Below the pieces are notes generated by a model. That model made no database searches. It saw only the letters and a list, made by a program, of their open reading frames with translations, and was not told where the DNA came from. Both the position numbers and the translations under genes were made by a program. 64,000 nt of DNA from assembly GCA_973895155.1 (NCBI GenBank), contig OZ316899.1, positions 9,112,287 to 9,176,286 on the forward strand. The letters run 5' to 3'. Below are positions 25,052-35,526 of the stretch, one piece after another; the stretch's first letter is position 1, and every line of letters begins with the position of its first letter. The DNA is from Marsupella aquatica. Its lineage: Eukaryota; Plantae; Marchantiophyta.

Positions 25052-26560
25052 CCCTAACCTAATCTATGTGCTAACCCTAAGGGCAATCTATCCCTGTCAG
25101 CACCACAAGCACTCACCATGGTGTGTTGGGCATCACTCCAACATCACCAGGAGAGAAATACATAGCACAACTAGAATGTCCGGTTGCAAACCCGGATCAC
25201 TCCTATAGAATCAAGCGCCCACGCCAAACTAACATGGCGCATAAACAGGAAGCATGTGTGGAGAGGATCCAACAACAAGAAGAGGATTTACCACAACTCT
25301 CCACACCAATCAATCAGAAATACATGTAAATAATGTGCATATAGTTCAATGTAGGGCCTTCATAATAGGCCTCAAGAATCCCGCGTCAAATATTCAAGAA
25401 TCCATCGCAAACTAGCTAAAACAGAGTATCTAGATGAATTCAAAAGTGCATAAAACCCCTAGGGCCTCATTCCTTGGACATCAAATGTGGAAGGAAGCAT
25501 GTACAATGCACCACATAGGAACTTGCTAGTTAAGCGCATGAGGGGAGGAATAGCTTTGGGATGGGTGACCTCTCACTTGTCAGTATGCACCAAATCTGCC
25601 ACTCCAAAATGGCAGCACTTGCAATTCTCCTCACGTACCAGCAAGCTGGCTTGCTGGCCCGCCCGCTCCTGCTTCGCCCTCACGCCCCTCGTCCCGAGTT
25701 GCCTCGAAGCCTCGAAACGCCGAGATGAGCCAAAGAGTGAGACCTTCACGCCCACAACGCTTTGCTATGCCGGAACCAAGTCCAAGTCCAGATTTTGCAC
25801 CATTTGGACTTATGGCCCCTGTTTCCCTTCGCAGAACTGCACGGTAGCGGCGTACACTCCGTCGCAACAGTAATCCGCGGATGCTGCCACCGCATCGACG
25901 TACTATCTCACAAAAATGCAGATCATCAGTTGAGATCTCGCAACATTCGGGTCTCAATCCCTCAGTTTCCTTCAAAGAAACACGTTGCAAAATGCAACTC
26001 AACTTCGCGCCAACCAACACTTAACCGAGTGCAAAATCAGCAATATATGCAGCTGCGGACAGTCGCTTTCTTCACACCAAACTTGGTCCGCGCAGATCAG
26101 CATACGGAAGAACTAGACAACAATACGGCCGTGCCTCGCAGATCTGCATACGGACAAACTAGATAGCAATACGGCCGCGCACTTTGCAGATCTGCAACCG
26201 ATGACACCATCAGAATGCCGTTTCCTTCACAAAAATAGCCACCGCTTCACAAGATAGAACGCTGCCGCACCCGATCTGCTTGTAGCCAACCGATACAACT
26301 CAAACACGTCGATCTGCAACCAAGATCTGCACATTGTCGACAGATTTGTGCATACAGACTACAGATTCGCCAAACCTCCAACTCCAGATCCGCTCAAGAA
26401 TCAAACTCACAGGATCTCAACTTGGATCCACATGCCGGCGATCCAATCAAACGATACGCTGCACGATCCGAGATACCACAAACCGTTGCCGAACAGAATC
26501 AAACTGAAAATCGAAGCTCTGTCCAACAACAACAGAGTCCAATGCTTGATCTTTCAATGT

Positions 26561-26876
26561 AATCTCCACACAATCGGCACCACGATCCCGATCAACAATA
26601 CCGCACCGATCCGATCACACACGTATGTCAAGCCAACGCACCTTGCACTACTCAAGGAATCCACATTACACAAGCGGAGCTCACAGCCACCATAGCCACT
26701 CAAGCTCCTCTCTCTCCAAGGCTCAACATTGAAAGATGACCTTTTAATGCCTCACAAGTGAGAAGTACCCTCTCACACAAACCTGACGAAACCTTATCGG
26801 CTCATATAGCACACATACCAAACATACGGATCTAGATAGTACGATACACTCTAACACTACCTAGAATGGTGTGACA
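26561..26876 (-). repeat. 5' terminal repeat b of the split-repeat element
   Basis: Near-identical to 17322-17638. Begins TGTCAC on the minus strand. Confidence 0.92.
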
Positions 26877-27439
26877 AGGCCGCAGTATTTAAGTGCTTGG
26901 CTTCCTCAGGTCCAACTCCAATTGGGGCAACCAAGTTACCAGGAGTAGTACTGGCCGAAGGACAAGCCGAGACACTTGCACCGGTGCCGGAGGTAAGTGG
27001 CAAGGGGAAGGGGCCAACTGCCAAACCAAAGAAGAACAAGAAGCAAAAACCTTCTGGGTCAGGGAGTAATACGGCTCCTCAAGCCGTCGTGACCAAGGAG
27101 GTAAACCCAACACCAACCTCAGGCAGGGTCACGGCAAAGGATCCAACTGCCCTAGAAGGCGGGGATGGCAAAGCCAAGGCCAAGATACTCGGTGATGAAG
27201 CCAGGGTACCAGATCCACCACTAGTACATGTCGGGGAGGCCGTGGCCAATGCTGAGGCCAAAGCCGAGGGTGGACCCAGTCAGGCCAATGGAGAGTTGAC
27301 TCGGTCCGGAGCAAGTAATCTGTCAAAGGACGGACCTATGGTAGTGGCTGCGGAGGAAGTGTTGGGGGTGTCCATTGAGGACCAGACACCGCTGCCATGA
27401 CGGTGGTGGAGGGCCGCTCCTTTTAAGGAGGGCGGACGT

Positions 27440-30400
27440 TGTCGTGCCAAAAGATTTTGGCTCAGGAATGGCTTTTATAGGGGATGATGGGCGAGGCTTC
27501 CCGGTTGGGTTGCGTGCATGCTGACTCAGAGGGGCTGCTTGGTTGGATGGATTGAGGTTTGGTGATTGGGTGACTCATTGTCACCAGGTTTGGTGTTTGG
27601 GTGAGTCACCAGGCTTGGAGTTTGGATGAGCCTCGCTGCTGGCAACTGGCTCAGGCTGGATGGTTGGGTTTCCGATGCTACTTAAGACGCAGGCTACCTT
27701 CTTGGATTGGGTGAATGACAGGAACAAGAAGTTGAAGGGGCCGCAAGAGCTCCTAAGGGAGTTCAAGAGAAGGGTGTCTCAGTTACCAAAGCGGGATGTG
27801 GGAATCATCGAGTTGCAGCGCTCGACGCTCTTCTTGAGGGCAGCCAATGAGGACCTTCAAGAGGAGCTTGAGAATGCGATGGAGCTGCTGGAACCTTTGA
27901 GAGTTACCTTGTCTAACGACTGGAACCAAGTTGAGAAAGCGGTGTCGAAAGTGAGCAATCGACACCGGCGGCAAGAGCTAGACAAGGAGGCTACCACTCT
28001 CGACCTAAGGCCGCCGGAACCAATATTGAGGAAAGGGAAGCGAGAACCAGCGAAGGATGAGATCAAACCATCGGTGGATGATCTCGCAAAAATGATGCAG
28101 AACCTGAAGATCTTGGCGGCACATGCGGTCGAGAATCCAAAACCAAGGGTTGCGAGTGCTCCCGAGAGGAAGCGAGAGATGCAGAGTTGGCCATGCATGT
28201 GGTGCGACAGCAAAGAGCATGACAAACGGGAGTGCCTAGACCTGAGGGAAGTTGCGGATAAAGGGCTGATCAAGTTCGTCGGTGAAGTTGGTCAGAAAAA
28301 GATATCGTTTGCCAATACTGAGGAGCCGATTCCATTCAACTCCAACAAGGGAGTCATGAAGGCTTTGGCTGAGAAGCGAGCTAAGAAGCGAGCTAGGAAG
28401 CGAGTCGAAGAGGCGTCCTCTTTGCACCTGGAAGCGAATGTTTACAATGTGGAGTTGGATGGCCCCGTGACGGAAACGGGCAAGTTTTACAAGCGGTTGG
28501 CGGATCTGGTGCAAGAGAGATCCGAATGGAGTGACCCGGTGCTGACCAATGCGATAACGGTTGAGGTTGGGGCTAGTTGGGATGCCTCGGTCGAGTCAAA
28601 AAGGAAGAAAACCGACAAGGATGACACTCCGTCTCAATCAAGGGAATGAGAGAGGCGGGATACTCGAGACAAGGAAAGGAGGGTTAGGTTTGAAGAAGAG
28701 GAAATGAGCCAGAAAGAGCCGGAGAAAGGGAAACCGATCAGGAAGAACCCGGGCTGGGTGCTTGGCAGGGACGTGGACCAGGTCATGTACCCGGAGGTTG
28801 TAGTTGAGAAGTTCTGGAGCCAACAGGCTCAAGGGTTTACCAACGCCGAGTTCTTTGGCAGTATGAGGCGGGAGATCCAGGAAGCGATCTTGGAGAGATC
28901 CAAGAGGAAACGGATTTACAAAGAGGGCCCTCACACCTTGATGGGGGAGGCTGGCGAGACGGAAATTGGGAGTTTCCAAACTTACACTGCTGGGGTGTCC
29001 ATGGGTTCAGGTAGTAAGCTTGCTGGCCCCAAAGAGTCAGACTTGGGGGAACCGAAGAGGGTCAAGTCCCTTGAAGAGGAGCTCATGAACTTGGACGATG
29101 AGTTCTTCGATGCGGAAGAGGAGCTCATGGGAACCGGAAGCAAAGCTGAGTCTGTGGAAAACAGGGACCCGACCGAAGGGGGAGAACAAGAAAGCATTAC
29201 CGTGCAGTCGAGGACCATTCATGTCATGGGCTCAATGAAAGGAAACGGTTATGCTTACCGAGATAGATACTGGGCTCGAGCAAGTCTGGAGAGCGAGTGC
29301 CAGTTGGAAGGAATGGAAGGCAAGTTGCGGGCGCTCATTGATACTGGCTCGGAGATCAACTTGATGGATCCAAAGGTGTTTCAAAAGGGGAATTGGCCAG
29401 TGGACAATGAGTTGCTTTGGAGTGTGAACTCGGTGAGTTCAATGAAGGACTATCTTTGGGGCGGATGTCCGAATGTGATGGTGAAGTTCGGGAATGTCAA
29501 GCAGGCTTGTAACATTTTTGTTCATGAGCACTTGTCATTTCCGGTGATACTGGGCATGCCGTTCATCACTGAATGGAGGATGGAGACAAAGGTTCTGGAT
29601 GATACTACCTTCATGGTGAAGGTTTGGAGCAAAGATGGGAAAGAGGTGGTTCAATTTCTGGCTGTTTTACCTGGAAACAAGAGGAATAGGAAAGGGTTGA
29701 GGACTGAGAGTGCCGACTCTAGTCCAGGTCCGGAAAATGACTTGGCACTTTGCTGAAAAGAGTGGATCGGCAGAGTGCTCATTCCTTAGCTCCTTGTGAA
29801 GGGAAAACACAATGGATAATGGACAGGAAGAGCCACTCGAATGTGCGGAGTCTAACTTGGGAAGGGACAAGCTGGAGAAGGAGTTGGAAAGGCAGTACTC
29901 GTCTATGGTCGTGCTTGTATACTCAAGTACCAAATACAAGACGGTCGACAAGAAGGTGAGGCCGGCGGCGATACCTTTGCCGGACGATGCGATGGAGGTT
30001 ATGGATCGAGCGAGATTGGAACCAAGGCTAAGGCCAACTGATCAGATAGGGCATAAGTTTACTCAAGAGAGTTTGGCGAAGATGAAGATTGGTTTGGATG
30101 GGTTACTTATGGAGGTGGAGCAAGTGGCATTTCAAAAAATGATAATGGAGCATGGCAAGGCATTCTCGTTTTTGATTGAGGAGATTGGTTGTGGGGATCC
30201 AAGTAAGGTGACACCGATGGTCACCTTTACTGTCCCTCATGTTCCGTGGGATCTGAAACCGATTTTGGTTCCGCGGGCTTTAGCTCCAAAGCTTGCAAAA
30301 CTGCTTAAGGAGAAGCTGAGTGCTAGGATTCTCGAGAGGTCTGATGCTCCCTACTCGAACAGATGGTTTACAGTGAGAAAGAAGAATGGAAGCTTGAGGT

Positions 30401-33400
30401 TCATTCAGGATATGCAACCTCCGAACAAGGTGACCATCAGGAATGTGGGAGTTGGGCCACTCGTGGATGAGTTTGCGGAGGAGTTCGCTGGGAGGGCGAT
30501 CTACTCCATGGGTGATTTGTTTTTGGGTTACGACCAGTTCCAGTTGGCGCAAGAGAGCTAAGACATTATGACTATGAGGACCCCGTTGGGCCTCTTGAGG
30601 ATGTGCACTTTTCCTCAAGGGGCGATGAACTCAGTTGCGCACATGAAAAATGCGATGAGTAAAATCTTGGAGCCGTTCATTCCGGAAAAAGCGAGACCGT
30701 TCATTGATGATGTCCCAATAAAGGGTTGCTTGGCTGAAGGGAAGGATGAGACCTTGAGGAGTGATGGGATCCGGCAGTTTGTGTGGAATCACATTGCGGA
30801 TGTTAAGGCGGTTCTCGAGAAGCTGATTGATGTGGGAGTCACTCTTTCGAGGGAGAAGTATGAATTTGGGATGCTAGAGGTGAAAGTCGTTGGGCCAATG
30901 TGCGGATCCTATGGAAGGAAGCCGAACATGGATAAGGTGAGAGCTATTAGCGAGATGAAGGATTGCGAATCGGTGCCGGAAGTTTGGAGGTTTCTGGGTG
31001 CTTGTGTCTTTTACAAGATCTGGATCCCTCACTTCTCGCACCTGGCGGACCCGCTCTATGAGCTGTTGAGGAAAAAGGTTAAGTGGAGATGGCTACCCGA
31101 GCATAGTGAAGCAATGGCTAAGCTTAAGAGCGCTCTCATGAGCCGGCCAGTTCTCCGAGCTGCAGACTATGAGAGCGGGCGACCACTGATCATGACTATT
31201 GATGTGAGTCCGTTCGCAGCCGGGTGGGCTGTTGGGCAAGATGACAAGAATGGGGAAAGGTATGCGATCAGATTTGGGGCAAAAAAATTTACAGAAAGGC
31301 AAAGGAGATATGCCCAAGTTAATAGGGAGCTTTGGGGTGCCAAGGTGGCACTCCATCAGGAGAGAAACTATTTGATTGGGGCGCCGGAGGTGGTTGAGAC
31401 TGATTGCCAATCACTGCTGGGGATGATTGCGAATTGTGACACGCCTGACATAGCAATGCTCAGGTGGATTGCTTTCATTCGGATTTTCAACCCTGAGCTA
31501 AGTCACATTGCAGGAAAGGATAATCCGGTTGCCGACATGCTGTCAAGGGCGAGATTCAGAAATGAGGTAGCAACGAGAGTTGGCAAGGTGACCAGAACCA
31601 AAAGTGTTGGAAGTCTAGAGTTCAAGGAAGAACTCTACTCGGGAGAGTTGCTGGATATCAGGCGTTACATTAGCACTTTGGAGAAGCAACCAGAGTGGAG
31701 TTACCAGGAGTTCATCAAGATCCGGAAGAGATCTTACAAGTTCCTATTGAGGGAGGGCTACTTGTGGCGAAGGCATAAGGACCCAAGTCAGTTGTTGCAA
31801 AGGGTTGTGGATACTAAGGATGAGAAAGACCGAATTCTCAAAGAGAGCCATGATGCTAACATGGCTGGGCACAAAGGGGTGCATTCAACTTACGAGAGGG
31901 TCGGAAGCTGTACTGGTGGCCAGGTTTATACTTGGCCGTTCGAGACTATGTCAAGACTTGCGAGATTTGCCAATTTTACTCGAGGATCCGACATAGGGAT
32001 GGATTGGTTCCGACTTACCCCGTGGCTCTACACTTTCAATGGGCTATTGATGTGGTGTACAATGCAGAGAGAGAGCAATGGGGCGAGATACTTGGTTTTG
32101 TCTTCTTATGTGGAAGGGAGAGCGTTGGTTTCGAACACTACTGCTGCCGTTTGCCAGTTCATACTTGAGGATATCATTGCAAGGCATTGGTGCTTTACAA
32201 GGATCAGAGCTGATAGGGGGGAGCTCAGCTCCAAGGAAGCGCAAGAGTTTTTCGACCAATACCGCATCAAACTGAAGCTGACTTTGAGTTACAATCCGGA
32301 AGGCAATGGGAAATCTGAAAGGGGGCACATCCAGATTGTGGGCGCTTTGGCTAAGGCTTGTGATGGGGACTTGGGCAGGTGGTCGAGTCTCCTTCCACTT
32401 GCTCTGTTAGCGGATCAGATGACTTGTAGCTCAGTGACCGGATACGTTCCGGCTGAGCTACTTACTGGGCACTTGCCGATGATGCCACTCAAGGAAGATG
32501 TTTGCAGCTGGCGACTGATTGGATGGAAAGATGAAGTTTTGAGAGAGGAGTTGCCGGCTTGAAGGATCGAACACTTCAACTTGTTACCCGCAAAGATTGA
32601 GGTGGCTCGGAAGCAATTGAAGATGGCGAGGTTAAGGAACAAGGGCAGGTTCGATAGGACTCATCGGTTGAGGCCTGTCTTGGTTAAGGAAGGGGATTGG
32701 GTTTTGGTTTACGAAAGTAAGTTGGACGAGCAACACTTGATCCAAAACAAGTTTGCTCGGAGGTGGCAAGGTCCGTATGTGGTGGTTGCTGTTCATGCGA
32801 ATGCAACCTACACTATTCGGGAGTTGGATGGAACGGTTCACCAAGTACCTTACGCAGGGAAAAGGGTGAACATCTTCAAGAGGAGGACCGAGAAGGGAAT
32901 GGACTCAAGTTCCGACTTGAATGAATTTGAAGACGAGGTACTGGTCCAGGCGCATCCGTTGGACTTGAGTTTCAAAAGTGGCTTGACTGGTTCTAATTTG
33001 GATGAGTTGGACTTCAGGTTTCTAGAAAGTGGAGTGCCTAAGGCCGAGTCTGAAGGCTTTGGGTTTGAGTTTCTTGAGGAGGAAGTGGTCCAAGCGCATG
33101 GCTCGAGTTCGGACTCAGACTTAGAGGAAATCTGATTGATTGGAGCAGACTGGAGGCTGCTCAGGTTTACTGGGGGAGGATGTCGTGCGGAAAGATTTTG
33201 GCTCAGGAATGACTTTTATAGGGGATGATGGGCGAGGCTTCCTGGTTGGGTTGCGTGCATGCTGACTTGGAGGGGCTGCTTGGTTGGATGGATTGAGGTT
33301 TGGTGATTGGGTGACTCGTCGTCACCAGGTTTGGTGTTTGGGTGAGTCACCAGGCTTGGAGTTTGGATGAGCCTCGCTGCTGGCAGCTGGCTCAGGCTGG

Positions 33401-34031
33401 ATGGTTGGGTTTTCGATGCTACTTAAGACTTGAGCCTCGGCTCATTGAGGTTGGCGGTTGTCTATTGAGATCTGTTGAGTTGCGTTCTGTGAGTTCCGCT
33501 CTGTTCTGTGGAACTTGACTGTTGTGCGGCGGTTTTGGAGTTCTGAGTGAGTTTTTGATCCAGGTGGGGAGTTTTTGATCCATGCGGGGAATTTTTCGAG
33601 TCTGGAGTCTCGTTGATCCAGGCGGGGATTTCTCAAGTTTGGAGTCTTGTCAATCCAGGCGAGGATTTCTCAAGTTTGGAGCCTCGTTGGTCCAGGCCCA
33701 AGTTCCATGCGAGCTGTTTTAGACTAGTGGAGTAGCTAGTCGAGTTTTTGGTTTTGTGAGCTAAGGAGGATAGTTTTTCCGTCAAATTTTGAGTAGTTAG
33801 TCACTCGAGGAGTTCTACTCGACCAAGTTAGAGGTAGCGGCCCGCCGTAGGGCCAGCTACCAGACTCTTGCGGGCAAGCTTCCTCGAGGGCACCTATTGT
33901 AACCTTTGTGAGAAAAGTAAAAAATATAAAGGAGTGAGAGTTTGCTCCGAAAAGTGCTTGTCACCTGTCCCAATCGCAACCAGAAATGCGTAGTTTGCCT
34001 GAGGAGCCCCTAACTTTAAGTCCTCGCAACA
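27440..34031 (+). mobile_element. Ty3/Gypsy LTR retrotransposon of fungal/Chara (Ylt1-like) type, with the 5' LTR/gag start deleted
   Basis: TSD ACGT (27436-27439 and 34032-34035), 5' LTR remnant 27440-27688, polypurine tract GGGGGAGGA at 33172-33180 and 3' LTR 33181-34031. Confidence 0.9.
27689..33135 (+). pseudogene. gag-pol (CCHC, protease, RT, RNase H, integrase), disrupted
   Basis: CMWCDSKEHDKREC, ALIDTGSEINLM, YKTVDKKVRP, FPQGAMNSVA, FIDDVPIKG, IDVSPFAAGW, IRADRGEL and RWQGPYVV. Confidence 0.9.
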
Positions 34032-34917
34032 ACGTGGAGGGAGGAGGTGTGAGTGGGCAGGGCGGGCTCAGATCTCCAAGTTTAGAATTAGGATCAGGAC
34101 CAAGAGGCGGCCCTGACACTTAGCTTAGTGGGATTGCGGATCCACTGGTAAGAGCAACACTTGTGCTTCTGCCTCGTTGTACATAGGTAGATTACAGTTA
34201 GGTAGATTACAGTAGGGTAGATTAGGCTTACGCAGCAAGGAATTAGGCGGATCCACTACCAGGATAAGTACCTGGGCAGCGGAGAGTTGAGGGCCTTCTT
34301 CCTTAGCAAGTTTTTAGTGCACCAGCAGGGTTGGGATCAAGTAGTTAAAGAAGCTCTCGGTTAGTTATACTGTGACCCTTGTGTATATTCATGTTTCCTC
34401 ATACTTAAGAGATGAATAGAGTTGGCCTCACGGCTTAGTTCGCAGATCTTGTATATGAGAAGTACTGTCTGTATGGCAAGTGCATGGTATAACTCAGTCA
34501 GAAGGAGTCATTTTTCTATTTGTGTGTCGCATTAACTTGTTTGAAGATTTCCCACATCAACCAAGAAGGGAGTAAGCAAGGTAGTAAGAGTTGGATGTGT
34601 CGAGCTGAGAGAGGTCTTAGCGGCTTACCCAAGCCAGTTGGGGATCATTCCGGCGGCGGAATCCAAACATACCTAAAGGGAAACCGAGAGAGGAGGACAA
34701 GGGAAGGCCTAGAATAGGCCGGCTACGTATCTCATGACCCAATGAAGGATCTGTCCAGTATATGTGAGTAAAATGTTAAATAGTAGTAGAAAGAAGTTAG
34801 CAGCGTCCCATGCCGCTAAGCCGCAAAATCAGCCTCGCCAAGAGCGAAACCTGTGGGAATCAGCTTGTGTAGAGGGGTTTCTTGGGTTTAGGGAGCCATG
34901 GGACGCACCACAACAAG

Positions 34918-35405
34918 CGGATATAACCTTGAGACATAGGATCGTACTCCCCGTTATGCAAAATTGTCAGCATTCCGTCATCAGATAAAAATGGATCCAT
35001 TCCACGAAAGAATGATGTGGCCAGTGTGTGGTCGGAAATATTCCATTTTGGGACTTTTCTGTCTGGCAGAGATGGTTTGAGTCTCGTAGGAAGGTAGATG
35101 AAACCCGCGTGGACTCCAAACGATCTTTCCTTCCCCCCATGGACAACACCCTTGTCTTGATAACTCGACTTCATGAGATCCTTTCCCCATTTATCTACAC
35201 CATTTACCCAGTTAGGCTTCTCCTCTTTGTTGAATGTTGAGTTGTAGAATTCTGAGATGCTAGACTCAACCATGCAATGCCTTGAAAGTGTATTCTTGAA
35301 GTCCCCAACTTCACGTTGAACACCTATAGCAGCAACACTTTCTCGAGAGGAAGATCCACCTTCAATGGTCCTTTTCCGCTTCTTCCTTGTACTGGTTGCA
35401 TCCAC
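34918..35405 (-). pseudogene. N6/N4 methyltransferase-like gene, 5' part (joins 13921 across the 21-kb insertion)
   Basis: GFIYLPTRL..VPKWN at the motif IV position (degenerate) and FFRGMDPFLSDDGMLTILH (motif VI-like). Contiguous with the 3' part once the TSD-bounded insert is removed. Confidence 0.55.
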
Positions 35406-35526
35406 TGGAGCAATTGCCTTCCCTTTCTCAATGGGAGTAATTGGGTCGGATGGAGCTCCTATTTGGCTTCAGAAACCTTTGGGGTGGCATCTATCTTTGT
35501 ATCTCCACTCCCTAAAACACTTTGGA

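Larger units (their letters stand above)
17184..26876 (-). mobile_element. Ty3/Gypsy-like retroelement with split direct repeats, encoding gag-PR-DNMT-RT-RH-IN-PHD
   Basis: 4-bp TSD AGGC (17180-17183 and 26877-26880); the empty site is visible at about 60195. Repeat a lies at 17184-17321 and 17641-17778, repeat b at 17322-17638 and 26561-26876. Confidence 0.93.
14039..27400 (+). pseudogene. LTR-encoded protein of about 1200 aa (14039-17183 joined to 26881-27400): plant-transposon-protein/PMD-like motif plus long coiled coil
   Basis: Frameshifted ORF chain containing LLEFVGSW..TRVYGKDFYLTPRVIAEVFGLP and a coiled coil at 16348-17183. The same protein occurs at 57068-60742 and 35527-37913. Confidence 0.75.
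13922..34912 (+). mobile_element. Giant ORF-bearing solo LTR, family B copy 1 (about 4.7 kb net), carrying two nested retroelements
   Basis: TGTGATGCC...CACCACA ends and TSD ACAAG (13917-13921 and 34913-34917). Pieces 13922-17183, 26881-27439 and 34036-34912 are colinear with 56953-61662. Confidence 0.93.

Noticed and set aside
17184-26876. DIRS/Ngaro tyrosine-recombinase element
   Set aside because: No tyrosine-recombinase motifs are seen, and it has a protease, a DDE integrase, TG/CA ends and a TSD.
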